Part shown: one piece after another, positions 44,103 to 54,299 of the stretch
How the letters are laid out: each line of letters opens with the position of its first letter
How positions within the stretch are numbered: the stretch's first letter is position 1
NCBI GenBank assembly: GCA_964575345.1
Contig: CAZNQD010000004.1
Location: 7,325 to 71,324 of the forward strand
Source of the DNA: an uncultured Bacteroidales bacterium
GTDB taxonomy: Bacteria; Bacteroidota; Bacteroidia; Bacteroidales; UBA1402
Direction of reading: 5' to 3'
Length of the DNA: 64,000 nucleotides
Notes under the pieces: model-generated
What the model was told of the DNA's origin: nothing
The model's database searches: none
Seen by the model: the letters and a program-made list of their open reading frames with translations, nothing else
Made by a program: the position numbers and the translations under genes

Positions 44103-46010
44103 ATGAAATACGGATTCGTCAAAGTAGGAGCAGCACTGCCCGTGGTAAGGGTCGGAGACTGCATGCACAATGCAGAGGCCATTATTGAGCTTATGCATGA
44201 GGCCGAAAAAGAACAGGCCGCTGTTGTTTGTTTTCCCGAATTGGCCGTTACAGCCTATACCTGTGGGGATTTGTTTTTTCAGCAGCACCTGCTTGATTCT
44301 GCAGAGCAGGCCTTGGGCAGGATAACCGAAGCCAGCTCAGGCATGAAGCTCCTGGTTTTTGTGGGCTGCCCTTTGCGTCGGAACAATAAACTCTACAACA
44401 CCGCGGTTTGTATTCAGGATGGCAGGATATTGGCTGCTATACCCAAAACCTATCTGCCCAATAAACACGAGTTTTATGAAAAACGTTGGTTTTCGCCCGC
44501 CGGAGAAGACCTGCACGACAAACTGGAATTACTGGGACAACAAGTGCTTTTCGGCAGCAATATTCTGCTTTGTTCGGGCCAGCTGAAAGTGGCGGCCGAA
44601 ATCTGCGAAGACCTTTGGGCTCCCATACCCAGGAGCAGCGATCATTGCCTGGCAGGAGCCAACCTGATAGTCAATCTGTCGGCCAGCAACGAGCTGAGCG
44701 GAAAAAATCGTTATCTGAGACAATTGCTTTCACAACAATCGGCCCGTTGCCTGTCGGCCTATGTATACGCTTCCTGCGGCTGGGGAGAATCCAGTACCGA
44801 CCTGGTTTTTGCCGGCAATGGTTACGTGCTCGAAAATGGGGTTATTTTGGCCGAAAGCAAACGTTTTCATATGGACAAACAATTGATCTGTTCCGAGATT
44901 GACACCGAACGTCTGCTCTCGGAACGTCTGGCCAACGATTGTTTCATAGAGGAATCCCTGTCTTATACCAAACTGAATTTCAATTTCGCACCCGACGATA
45001 CACTCAGACTGTCCCGCACCATCAATCCCCATCCTTTTGTTCCTACGGCCGACAGCATGGACGAGAGCTGCGAAGAAATCTTTTCCATTCAGGTGGCCGG
45101 CCTTGCCAAACGCCTGCATCATACCAATATTTCCAGGCTCGTTTTGGGCATCTCCGGAGGCCTGGATTCTACCCTGGCATTGATGGTGGCCGTAAAAACC
45201 ATGGACAAACTGGGATGGGACAGAAAAAACATTCATGGCATCACCATGCCCGGCTTTGGCACCAGCCAACGCACTTACCGGAATGCAAACAACCTGATGA
45301 AATCTCTGGGTGTCAGCATGAAAGAAATAGATATCAAAGCTGCCTGCACACAGCATTTCAAAGATATCGGACACGATTCGTCCATTCACGACGCCACCTA
45401 CGAAAACACCCAGGCCAGGGAACGCACCCAAATCCTGATGGATTACGCCAATAAAATTCAGGCTCTGGTAATTGGCACAGGCGATTTATCAGAGCTTGCT
45501 TTGGGCTGGGCAACCTATAACGGAGACCACATGTCGATGTACGGAATCAATGCCGGCGTCCCAAAAACTCTGGTCCGATACCTTTTGCACTGGCTGGCCG
45601 GGCAAACGTCCGTCCTGCAGAGCAAAAACACTCTGCTGGACATCATCGATACCCCTGTAAGCCCTGAACTCCTGCCCCTGAGCTCCGAAGGCAGGATCAG
45701 CCAAATTACCGAAGAGGTGGTTGGCCCCTATGAGCTCCACGACTTCTTCCTTTTCTACCTGCTTCGCTACGGTTTCAGGCCTTCAAAAATCTTATTCCTT
45801 GCCACGCAGGCTTTCGGAAATCAGTACAAACCCGACTTTATCCGCCAATGGCTTAAGGTGTTTATCGAACGCTTTTTTAAACAACAGTACAAACGTTCCT
45901 GCCTGCCCGACGGGCCCAAAGTGGGCTCGGTAAATCTTTCGCCCCGGGGCGACTGGCGTATGCCCAGCGATGCCGAATGCCGTATTTGGTTAGAGGATTT
46001 AAACGATTGA
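44103..46010 (+). CDS. nadE: Glutamine-dependent NAD+ synthetase
   Basis: Nitrilase domain (FPEL..T.YTCGDLF, EFYEKR, EICEDLW) plus GISGGLDST, ENTQARERT, GTGDLSELALGW.TY.GDH, PVSPEL; -7 element TAACTTTG at 44060-44067. Confidence 0.97.
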   Translation: MKYGFVKVGAALPVVRVGDCMHNAEAIIELMHEAEKEQAAVVCFPELAVTAYTCGDLFFQQHLLDSAEQALGRITEASSGMKLLVFVGCPLRRNNKLYNTAVCIQDGRILAAIPKTYLPNKHEFYEKRWFSPAGEDLHDKLELLGQQVLFGSNILLCSGQLKVAAEICEDLWAPIPRSSDHCLAGANLIVNLSASNELSGKNRYLRQLLSQQSARCLSAYVYASCGWGESSTDLVFAGNGYVLENGVILAESKRFHMDKQLICSEIDTERLLSERLANDCFIEESLSYTKLNFNFAPDDTLRLSRTINPHPFVPTADSMDESCEEIFSIQVAGLAKRLHHTNISRLVLGISGGLDSTLALMVAVKTMDKLGWDRKNIHGITMPGFGTSQRTYRNANNLMKSLGVSMKEIDIKAACTQHFKDIGHDSSIHDATYENTQARERTQILMDYANKIQALVIGTGDLSELALGWATYNGDHMSMYGINAGVPKTLVRYLLHWLAGQTSVLQSKNTLLDIIDTPVSPELLPLSSEGRISQITEEVVGPYELHDFFLFYLLRYGFRPSKILFLATQAFGNQYKPDFIRQWLKVFIERFFKQQYKRSCLPDGPKVGSVNLSPRGDWRMPSDAECRIWLEDLND

Positions 46011-46142
46011 ATATTTTTGTTTGCCCGGTTGCACATCTCAATATTTTTTCTTTTCTTTGCAGCCGTTTTGCGTAACCGCTGTCGAGTATAGTGAGGCTCG
46101 GGAATGTTGCGTCATTTCTAACGACTAAAAAGAGTATTTATC

Positions 46143-46490
46143 ATGGACTTGATTAAAGTTGCCGAAGAAGCCTTTGCTACCGGCAAAGTTCATCCAAAAT
46201 TCAAAAGCGGCGACACAGTGACTGTTGCCTACCGCATCAAAGAAGGCAATAAAGAACGTATTCAGAACTACCGCGGTGTCGTGATTAAAATCAACGGCAG
46301 CGGCAGCAAAAAACGTTTCACCTGCCGTAAAATGTCTGAAAACATCGGAGTTGAACGAATTTTCCCCCTGGAATCTCCCTTTATTGAATCCATTACCGTA
46401 AATAAGATCGGTAAAATCAGAAGGGCTAAGTTGTATTACCTCAGGGCCCTGACAGGGAAAAAAGCCCGCATCAAAGAAAAAAGATTCTAA
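46143..46490 (+). CDS. rplS: 50S ribosomal protein L19
   Basis: F..GDTV.V...I.EG.KERIQ...[21 protein letters not shown]. Confidence 0.98.
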   Translation: MDLIKVAEEAFATGKVHPKFKSGDTVTVAYRIKEGNKERIQNYRGVVIKINGSGSKKRFTCRKMSENIGVERIFPLESPFIESITVNKIGKIRRAKLYYLRALTGKKARIKEKRF

Positions 46491-46510
46491 GGGCGCTCTA
46501 TTCCATACAG

Positions 46511-46540
46511 AAAAGCAACCGGCGCAAGCGGTTGCTTTTT
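46511..46540 (+). terminator. Intrinsic terminator of rplS
   Basis: AAAGCAACCG...CGGTTGCTTT stem with a GCAA (GNRA) loop, followed by a T-run. Confidence 0.85.
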
Positions 46541-46573
46541 TTGTCTGTATACAAATCATTGCCTGTATCTGCC

Positions 46574-49048
46574 ATGAAAAAAAACATCGCTCTCCCCTTC
46601 CTGTGTAGCCTCTTGATCCACCTGAGCTGCTTTGCCCAGGAAAATCAGCCTGTGCAAACGGCTGCAGAAGACAAGGCCATACAATACATGACAGCCCAGC
46701 TCAGGGCTTTCCCACAGGAAAAGGTTTACCTGCATCACGACAAACCCTATTATTCAGCCGGTGACACCATCTGGTTTCGGGCCTATATGGTTCATGCTGC
46801 TCTGCATCAACCTATGGCTTACAGCCGTTACATCTACGTAGAACTGGTCAACGACAGCAAACAGGTGGTTTCGAGAATCAAAATAAGACCCGAAGAAGGG
46901 TTTTATTACAGCCAGATGCCAGTCAAAGCCGATATTGCAGCCGGAAAATACTTCCTGAGAGCCTATACTAATTACATGCGCAATCTCGAAGAGGATTATT
47001 TTTTTCACAAAGAAATTTACATAGGCAATTTAATCACTCCCGATGCAGAGACAAACCTCAGCGAAGCTTCTGCCCCCGTTCAGGCTGCCGCAAAAAACAA
47101 AGAACATACTTCGCAGGAAAACACACAACAATACGATATACAATTTTTCCCCGAAGGGGGCCATCTGATCAGCGGCAACATGCAAACTATAGCCTTTAAG
47201 GCTATCGACCCCGAAGGCTGGGGGACCGATGTACACGGCCGTATCCTGAAAAACGGAAAAGACGAAATCTGCACTTTCAACAGCACCCACCTGGGCATGG
47301 GATACTTTGGGCTTTACACTGAGCCGGGATGCCGGTATACGGCCGTTTGCGAAAACCAGGCAGGTGAAACCCTTACTGTCGATCTGCCTCAGCCCAGCGA
47401 TTCCAGCTATGCACTAAGTGTCAACCAATTGCCCGACAAGTTACATCTGAGCGTCCTCAAACCTAAGGGCAACCCGCTACAGGAAGAGTTGTCGATTCTG
47501 GTCCACATGCGCGGCCTGCCCATGTTTAAATCTAAAGTCGCGGCCGGCACCAATTTACTGAGCCTTCCCAAGGCCGGGCTGGGCTCCGGAGTGCTGCACA
47601 TCCTATTGCTCAATGCCGAAGCCGAAATACTCAGCGAAAGGTTGGTATTTATTAAAGGCAAGGACCGGGCGGGTGCCGAAATCACTTTCGACAAAGACAC
47701 CTACGGTCCGCGCGAAGCAGCAAGAGCTGATCTGCAGATATGGAACAGCCTTGGACAAGGCTTTCAGGGCAGTTTATCCCTGAGCATCACCGACGACAAT
47801 CTGATAGATACCGATTCCAATGCCCTGAGCATAGAAAGCTATTTATTGCTCTGTTCCGAACTCAAAGGCTATATTGAACAGCCCCAGGCTTATTTTTTAC
47901 CGGGGAACAAGTCAGCGGCCTCACAGCTTGATATATTGATGATGACCCAGGGCTGGAGGCGTTACAACATGCCGCAAGTCATCAAAGGAGAACTCGATCA
48001 GGCCAACCGCTTTGAAATGGAAATTGGCGCCACATTGTGCGGGAAAATTCAAACTTACCCTTTCAGAAGAGGTCTGCCCAACGTAAACGTTTTCAGCCTG
48101 AGCAGCAAACACGGCTATTACAACGCTACAGTGACAGATATAGGAGGACGTTTCTGCTTTGATGGATTTGAATTTCCCGACAGCTCGGTCTTTTTTGTAC
48201 AAGCCGAGAAAAAACCGGGCAATGTCATCGAATTGGTGGCCGAAAGCGAAGATTTTCCGCCGGCCTTCCCCTACGGGCTCAAACCCAAAACCGCTCTTCA
48301 GGACGAAACTATAGATAATTTTCTTAACTCCAGCCGCGACAGGTATTTTTACGAAAACGGCCCCCTGGTTATCAACCTTGAAGAAGTACAAGTGATAGGC
48401 AAAAAAGAAGACAGGGCCAAAAACCTTCGCGAAGAAAGGGGTGCCATGTATTTTTCGTCCAGTTATACCATCGAAGCACAAGAGATCGAAGAAATGGGAG
48501 GTGCCACCCTGCTGGATGTTTTAATCCGTGTCCCCGGCATTACCCTGAATGCCGACAACACCGGCGTATTATTGCGCAATGCAACCCCTCTTATCCAGGT
48601 TGACAATTTCAAAGGCAGGATGGAAGATCTGAGCATCATCAACCTTAGCGAAGTGGAAATGATCGATATCCTGAAAGATCCGGCCGAAACAGCCCTTTTC
48701 GGCAATGAGGGCCAAAACGGAGTCATTTGCATTTACCTTAAGCGCGGAGGCCGTAACGCCCCCAGGGAATTGGGCAGCCATCAAAAACTCATCACTTATA
48801 TGGGCTACACGCCTCCTGTTGAGTTTTATCAACCCAAGTACTTTATTTCTTCCGTAAAAGAAAGCACCAAACCCGATCTGAGAAGCACCATATACTGGAA
48901 ACCCAACCTGCTTACCGACGAAAACGGACATGCCGAAATCCGCTTCTATACGGCAGATCTGGCCGGAACGTATAGCCTTGTTCTGGAGGGCATCAGCCCC
49001 GAAGGAGAAATACTGCGACATGTTCAAAAGCTTGAACTCCGCAAATAG
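46574..49048 (+). CDS. Secreted protein with an MG2/macroglobulin-like N-terminus and a TonB plug-like domain but no beta-barrel
   Basis: Signal peptide; EKVYLH.DKPYY.AGDTIWF.AY; QFFPEGG.L; LLMMTQGWRRY; carboxypeptidase-regulatory-like segment; plug-like LL..PG...I..I.ILK.....FG..G.NGVI.IY.K; DLRSTIYW.P. Confidence 0.75.
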   Translation: MKKNIALPFLCSLLIHLSCFAQENQPVQTAAEDKAIQYMTAQLRAFPQEKVYLHHDKPYYSAGDTIWFRAYMVHAALHQPMAYSRYIYVELVNDSKQVVSRIKIRPEEGFYYSQMPVKADIAAGKYFLRAYTNYMRNLEEDYFFHKEIYIGNLITPDAETNLSEASAPVQAAAKNKEHTSQENTQQYDIQFFPEGGHLISGNMQTIAFKAIDPEGWGTDVHGRILKNGKDEICTFNSTHLGMGYFGLYTEPGCRYTAVCENQAGETLTVDLPQPSDSSYALSVNQLPDKLHLSVLKPKGNPLQEELSILVHMRGLPMFKSKVAAGTNLLSLPKAGLGSGVLHILLLNAEAEILSERLVFIKGKDRAGAEITFDKDTYGPREAARADLQIWNSLGQGFQGSLSLSITDDNLIDTDSNALSIESYLLLCSELKGYIEQPQAYFLPGNKSAASQLDILMMTQGWRRYNMPQVIKGELDQANRFEMEIGATLCGKIQTYPFRRGLPNVNVFSLSSKHGYYNATVTDIGGRFCFDGFEFPDSSVFFVQAEKKPGNVIELVAESEDFPPAFPYGLKPKTALQDETIDNFLNSSRDRYFYENGPLVINLEEVQVIGKKEDRAKNLREERGAMYFSSSYTIEAQEIEEMGGATLLDVLIRVPGITLNADNTGVLLRNATPLIQVDNFKGRMEDLSIINLSEVEMIDILKDPAETALFGNEGQNGVICIYLKRGGRNAPRELGSHQKLITYMGYTPPVEFYQPKYFISSVKESTKPDLRSTIYWKPNLLTDENGHAEIRFYTADLAGTYSLVLEGISPEGEILRHVQKLELRK

Positions 49049-49063
49049 AGGTTTTTGTTAAAT

Positions 49064-49942
49064 TCAGGTAGTCCTGAGATCCTTGCCCCACATCATCTTG
49101 GCTCTGAGCGTTTGCACAAAGCTCTGGCTTTTCCTGCGTACGATTCGTATGGGAAAATCTGCCCTTACCACGCGTAAATGAGCACTTCCGGGCAAGGGAA
49201 AAGAACGTCCGTCCAGTGCCACCAAAAAATGCTGGCTGCGGCTTTCGACCCTGAGGTCTATTACTGAACGGTCACTCAGCACGATTGTACGAACCGTCAG
49301 GCTGTGGGGAGCCACCGGAGCCAGGATAATACTGGGATTTTCAGGGAACAAAATAGGGCCGCCCACACTCAGGGCATAGGCCGTGGAGCCGGTGGATGTA
49401 GCTACAATCAGGCCGTCTGCCTGATAATCGTTCAGGTATTCCCCGTTCAGAGAAGCGTGTATATGTAACATAGCCGAAATGTCTCTCTTGAGTACGGCAA
49501 TCTCGTTCAATGCATTAGGATAATCGGGCAGCTTGCAGTCGGGACTTTGCAGACAGATCTGGTTGTGGTTTTCCAGAACGACATCATCGGCCAGCAATTC
49601 CGACAGCATAGCCCTTGTTTCCTTGTAATCGGTGGCAGATAAAAAACCCAGGCGCCCGGTATTGATGCCCAGGATCGGAATACCTTTGCCTCCCACTCTG
49701 CGGGCCACATTGAGCAAGGTGCCGTCCCCTCCTATACTCAGGGCATAATCGGCATCGAACTCATTGTCCTCCCTCAGGCTGAATGCCGGAAGAATGGTAT
49801 CCATACCCAGTTGTTTCAGACAGGCATAGTATTGGCTGCACAGCAACACTTCCACTTTAGTCCGGGCAATCTCTTCCAGAATAAATTTGATTTGATCTTG
49901 TTTTTCTGCCTGAAAAGGTTTTCCAAAAAGGGCAATTCTCAT
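49064..49942 (-). CDS. nadK: NAD kinase
   Basis: GGDGT, GINTGRLGFL, ALNE, ADGLIVAT.TGSTAY.LS.GGP. Confidence 0.97.
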   Translation of the reverse strand: MRIALFGKPFQAEKQDQIKFILEEIARTKVEVLLCSQYYACLKQLGMDTILPAFSLREDNEFDADYALSIGGDGTLLNVARRVGGKGIPILGINTGRLGFLSATDYKETRAMLSELLADDVVLENHNQICLQSPDCKLPDYPNALNEIAVLKRDISAMLHIHASLNGEYLNDYQADGLIVATSTGSTAYALSVGGPILFPENPSIILAPVAPHSLTVRTIVLSDRSVIDLRVESRSQHFLVALDGRSFPLPGSAHLRVVRADFPIRIVRRKSQSFVQTLRAKMMWGKDLRTT

Positions 49943-50105
49943 AGGTTTTGAACTTAAATATCTTAATTATTTGTAATAATAATATTCTTTCCGAAAATTA
50001 AATCGTTCATCGGATTATTCCATTATTTTTGTACTCTTATTTGATTTGCATTATGTTTGAAGCCGTGACAGTTAAGACGGCACAAAAGTGGGGAAAATTA
50101 TTTAT

Positions 50106-50819
50106 ATGACAAAGTTAAGTGTAAACATCAACAAAATTGCCTTGTTGCGCAATGCCAGGGGAGCCAATTACCCCAATATTTGCGAAATGGCCCTGCTTTG
50201 CGAAAAATACGGTGCTGATGGCATTACGGTACATCCCCGGCCCGACGGGAGGCATATTCGATATAAGGACGTGATGGATCTAAAACCTCTGTTAAGTACC
50301 GAATTCAACATCGAAGGCTATCCTTCGGCAGGTTTTATTGATCTGGTGCTGAAAGTTAAGCCTCATCAGGTAACCCTGGTGCCTGATGCTCCGGATGCCC
50401 TTACTTCGAATGCAGGCTGGGATTGCTTTAAACACGCTGCATTTCTGGCCGAAGTGCTGGATGCTTTTTGTTCAAAGGGGATAAGGACTTCACTCTTTGT
50501 AGAAACCGACAATAAACAAATAGAACAGGCAGCCAAACTGGGTGCCGACCGGGTGGAGCTGTACACCGGCCCCTATGCCGAACGTTACCATAAAAACCCC
50601 GATGCCGCTGTAAAACCCTACGTACAAGCCGCACAAGCAGCCAGAAAAAACGGCTTGAGTATCAATGCCGGACACGACCTGAATTTACATAATTTGCCCT
50701 TTTTCCGCCAGAGCATTCCATATACCGAAGAGGTTTCCATTGGGCATGCCTTAATTGTGGATGCCCTGCTTATGGGCCTGGAAAGCAGTATTCAATCTTA
50801 TAAAAATTGTCTTAAATAA
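50106..50819 (+). CDS. pdxJ: Pyridoxine 5'-phosphate synthase
   Basis: LSVN.NK.ALLRN.RG, GITVHPRPD.RHI, NIEG, TLVPD, ELYTG.Y, NAGHDL, EVSIGH; -7 element TATGTTTG at 50052-50059. Confidence 0.97.
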   Translation: MTKLSVNINKIALLRNARGANYPNICEMALLCEKYGADGITVHPRPDGRHIRYKDVMDLKPLLSTEFNIEGYPSAGFIDLVLKVKPHQVTLVPDAPDALTSNAGWDCFKHAAFLAEVLDAFCSKGIRTSLFVETDNKQIEQAAKLGADRVELYTGPYAERYHKNPDAAVKPYVQAAQAARKNGLSINAGHDLNLHNLPFFRQSIPYTEEVSIGHALIVDALLMGLESSIQSYKNCLK

Positions 50820-50827
50820 TTATTTGT

Positions 50828-51535
50828 ATGAACTTCTTACTCTTACTTCAATCCGTCGCCGGAGATACTTTGCCCGATTTAACTGCTTTGGCAGAAGGCG
50901 TCGAAACCAGCCAACGTATGAACTTTTTTGATATGGCAGTCAAGGGCGGCTGGATTATGATCCCCCTGTTACTGCTTTCGCTGGTGGCGGTATACATATT
51001 TATTGAGCGTAGCATTGCCCTGAAAAAGGCTTCCAAAGAAAATCCCAATTTCATGGAGCGCATCAAGGACTACATTTACGACGGCAACATCGATTCGGCC
51101 ATCAAGTTGTGTAAACAGGCAGATAATCCCGCAGCCAGAATGATCGAAAAAGGCATCTCCCGTATAGGTCGTCCCATGCACGATGTACAGGTGGCTATCG
51201 AAAACCTGGGCAACCTCGAAGTGGCCAGGATGGAAAAAGGACTCTCTCTGCTGGCAGCCGTATCGGGCGGAGCACCGATGATCGGTTTCCTGGGTACCGT
51301 GCTGGGTATGGTCAGAGCATTTTACGATATGGCCTCGGCTGGCAGCAATGTCGATATCACGCTGCTTTCGTCCGGTATTTACACAGCCATGGTAACCACC
51401 GTGGCGGGCCTCATCATTGGTATTTGTGCCTATTTTGCGTATAACTACCTGGTGTCTCAGGTAAGCATAATAGTCAATAATATGGAGGCCAAAACCATGG
51501 AATTCATGGATTTATTGAATGAACCTGCAAAATAA
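50828..51535 (+). CDS. exbB: MotA/TolQ/ExbB proton channel
   Basis: AP.IGFLGTV.GM..AF, GI..A..TT..GL.I.I. Confidence 0.9.
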   Translation: MNFLLLLQSVAGDTLPDLTALAEGVETSQRMNFFDMAVKGGWIMIPLLLLSLVAVYIFIERSIALKKASKENPNFMERIKDYIYDGNIDSAIKLCKQADNPAARMIEKGISRIGRPMHDVQVAIENLGNLEVARMEKGLSLLAAVSGGAPMIGFLGTVLGMVRAFYDMASAGSNVDITLLSSGIYTAMVTTVAGLIIGICAYFAYNYLVSQVSIIVNNMEAKTMEFMDLLNEPAK

Positions 51536-51544
51536 AAAACGGCT

Positions 51545-51958
51545 ATGGCCTTAAAAAGACAAAATAAGATAGATGCGAGCTTCAGTATGTCGTCTATGAC
51601 CGACATCATCTTTTTGTTGCTCATTTTTTTCATGATCACGTCTACGGTAGTCCACCCCAACGCCATCAAGGTACTTTTGCCCCAAAGCAAACAACAAACA
51701 TCTGCCAAACCTCTGACCCGGATCACGCTTGACAGTGACCTGAATTATTACGTAGCTTTCGGTAACGAAAAAGAACAAGCCATTGCTTTCGAAGACATTG
51801 AGCGTTTTTTGCTCGAAACTATAGAAAAAGAACCCGATATGTATGTTGCACTGTATGCCGACGAAAGCATCCCATACAGAGAACTCATCAAAGTTCTGAA
51901 CATTTGCAACGATAATCATTTTAAATTGGTATTGGCCACCAGGCCTGCAAAAAAATGA
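51545..51958 (+). CDS. exbD: ExbD/TolR protein
   Basis: SMTDIIFLLLIFFMITST, AD...PY..L..V. Confidence 0.9.
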   Translation: MALKRQNKIDASFSMSSMTDIIFLLLIFFMITSTVVHPNAIKVLLPQSKQQTSAKPLTRITLDSDLNYYVAFGNEKEQAIAFEDIERFLLETIEKEPDMYVALYADESIPYRELIKVLNICNDNHFKLVLATRPAKK

Positions 51959-52746
51959 CATCCAAAAAAAATGACATAATCGCCATCACCGGTACTATCC
52001 TGGTTCACATCCTGTTGATAGTGTTCCTGATCTTTTTTGGCTATACGGCTCATATTCCCGACAGCGAAGAAGGCGTGACGGTGAATTTCGGAAACATCGA
52101 CCTGGCAGCCGGCACTTTTGAGCCCCGGGGTGAGCCCCTGAGCCATCAACAATCTCAACCGCAATCTCCGGCCGAAAGAACACCGCTGCAATCGAACGAC
52201 GAAGATCTTATCACTCAGGAGGACGAATCCATAGCCCTGGAGGCTGCCCGCAAACGCCAGGAAGAAGAAGCAGCCCGTAAACGCGAAGAAGAGCGGATAC
52301 GTCAGGAACAGGAACGTAAAGCTGCCGAAATCAGAGAACAGGCTGCCCAGGCCTTCGGATCCAGTCAGAGACAACAAAACGAAAACCAGGGTTACGGACA
52401 GGAAGGCAGCGGCAACCAGGGCGATGTACAAGGCAGCACCGAATCAGCCAATATTACCGGCAGCGGTTCGGGCTACGGCAACTTTTCACTCGACGGCCGC
52501 TCCGTTACGGGTGGTTTGCCCCGCCCCAGCTATTCGATTGAAGCCGAGGGGGTGGTTGTGATACGCATTACGGTGAACAGCGCCGGAACTGTCATCTCAG
52601 CCGTTATAGACCTCCAGGGCACCGACACCGACAACACTGAATTGCGCAACGCTGCTTTAACGGCAGCGAAAAAGGCAAAGTTTAATGCCATTGACGGTAC
52701 ACGTAACCAAACGGGTACTATCACCTATCGTTTCCAGTTAAGATAA
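51955..52746 (+). CDS. tonB: TonB/TolA-family energy transducer
   Basis: N-terminal TM with His (VH.LL), charged EEER linker, C-terminal P.P.Y....EG.VV..I.V...G.V TonB_C-like domain. Confidence 0.8.
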   Translation: MTSKKNDIIAITGTILVHILLIVFLIFFGYTAHIPDSEEGVTVNFGNIDLAAGTFEPRGEPLSHQQSQPQSPAERTPLQSNDEDLITQEDESIALEAARKRQEEEAARKREEERIRQEQERKAAEIREQAAQAFGSSQRQQNENQGYGQEGSGNQGDVQGSTESANITGSGSGYGNFSLDGRSVTGGLPRPSYSIEAEGVVVIRITVNSAGTVISAVIDLQGTDTDNTELRNAALTAAKKAKFNAIDGTRNQTGTITYRFQLR

Positions 52747-52803
52747 TGTCGTACTGAAATAGCGATTTCAATACCTATTTGTACCTACCTAAATTGAACC
52801 TAT

Positions 52804-53349
52804 ATGAAACTTTTATTGTTCTTGGCGCCGGGCTTCGAAGAAATAGAAGCTATTACTGTACTGGATATAGCACGCAGGGCCGGGCTTTCCATTCGTTCTG
52901 TTTCCATAAGCAACGAAAAAGCAGTAAGCGGAGCTCACCAAATCAGCCTGAATGCCGATTTGACCTTTGACGAAGTTAACTTTGATGAAGCCGAAGCCCT
53001 TATTCTGCCGGGTGGAATGCCGGGAACCAACAACCTCAACGCCCACGCAGGGCTAAAGAAGCAGTTGGTCAACTTTGCCCGGAATCCCGACAAAACCATA
53101 GCGGCCATTTGCGCAGCTCCTTTAATACTGGGAGACCTGGGCCTGCTGGACGGTAAAAAAGCCACCTGCTACCCCGGCTATGAGAGCCACCTGAGCAGGG
53201 CCAAATTGTCCAGAAAACCCGTTGTCAGAGACGGCAACATAATTACCGCCGACGGACCGGCTCACGCCATGCTGTTTGCGATCAAACTTGTTGATTATTT
53301 AGGGAATACCTTCCTGGCAGATGATATTACCAAGGGTTTGAACTACTAA
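52804..53349 (+). CDS. DJ-1/ThiJ/YajL family glyoxalase-like protein
   Basis: GFEEIEA, ILPGG.PG, AAICAAP, ATCYPG, TA.GP. Confidence 0.92.
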   Translation: MKLLLFLAPGFEEIEAITVLDIARRAGLSIRSVSISNEKAVSGAHQISLNADLTFDEVNFDEAEALILPGGMPGTNNLNAHAGLKKQLVNFARNPDKTIAAICAAPLILGDLGLLDGKKATCYPGYESHLSRAKLSRKPVVRDGNIITADGPAHAMLFAIKLVDYLGNTFLADDITKGLNY

Positions 53350-54288
53350 TTACAGCCAACGCTTCTTTTTGAAATACAACAAGATAGCTCCGGAGAACAG
53401 GACCATCATGCCCATGGAAATCCAAAAGCCTGCTGCATTGTTCAAAAATGGCATTTTTACGAAGTTCTGGCCATAAATACTTGCCACCAGTGTGGGAGGC
53501 ATGAAAATCACCGATACAATGGTAAATATCTTAATGATCTTGTTCTGATCAATGTTTACCAAACCCAAAAAGGTATCCTGCAAGTAATCCAGACGCTCAA
53601 AACTAAACTTTGTGTGGTCTATCAGAGAATTGATATCCTTTACTATGATTGTAAGTTTGGCCGACAATTCCTGCGGCATGAGCTCACTCTTGAGCAGATT
53701 GGAGATAGAACGTTGTTTCTCGATGATGTTCTGACGTATGGCCAGAATTTGTTCCTGTAACTGAGTTATATCCATCAGCACATCTTCGTCGGCATCCCTG
53801 ACGGTATCGCTCAACACGGTAATCTTGTCAATAATATCCTCAATAAGGTCGGCATCCCTTTCCACCCTGGTTTCGAGCAAGGCAACCATTACGTGGTAAC
53901 CGCTGGGGTAGTTGCGCGGACTGGTAGTTATTTTTTTGGCAGCCTCCTGCAGCGAAGGCAATTCTTCGTCGTGTACCGTTACCAAAATATTATCTTTAAG
54001 AATGAATGAAACTGTATCGGTTTCATAATCACTCAACAAAAAGTTTGAGTTTACTACCAGCGTGTCGGAAGTTTCTATGTAACGGGAGCTCATTTCGATT
54101 TCTTCCATTTCTTCCTCTTCCTGGATGTAAATTTTCAGGAAATTTTCCAATTGACTTTCGACTTCTTCGTCCACATTGTTTAAGTCTATCCAGAGAAACT
54201 TTTCAATGGGAGTCTGCTTGAGAAAATCGAGGCTGCGGCTTACTTTGATTCTTCCGTTTTCGTGGTAAAAAAGTTTTATTTCGGCCAT
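53350..54288 (-). CDS. corA: CorA-family (2-TM-GxN) divalent cation transporter with a GQN signature
   Basis: WIDL, EE.EEIE.SSRY, N.IIKIFT..S..FMPPTL.ASIYGQNF..MP, two C-terminal TMs. Confidence 0.88.
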   Translation of the reverse strand: MAEIKLFYHENGRIKVSRSLDFLKQTPIEKFLWIDLNNVDEEVESQLENFLKIYIQEEEEMEEIEMSSRYIETSDTLVVNSNFLLSDYETDTVSFILKDNILVTVHDEELPSLQEAAKKITTSPRNYPSGYHVMVALLETRVERDADLIEDIIDKITVLSDTVRDADEDVLMDITQLQEQILAIRQNIIEKQRSISNLLKSELMPQELSAKLTIIVKDINSLIDHTKFSFERLDYLQDTFLGLVNIDQNKIIKIFTIVSVIFMPPTLVASIYGQNFVKMPFLNNAAGFWISMGMMVLFSGAILLYFKKKRWL

Positions 54289-54299
54289 ATCTCTTAATT

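Noticed and set aside
44730-45431. 233-aa antisense ORF and other short ORFs within nadE
   Set aside because: Shadow frames of a highly conserved gene, with no motifs.
50062-50081. GCCGT/ACGGC hairpin at the start of the pdxJ leader
   Set aside because: A 5-bp stem is expected by chance; no other support.
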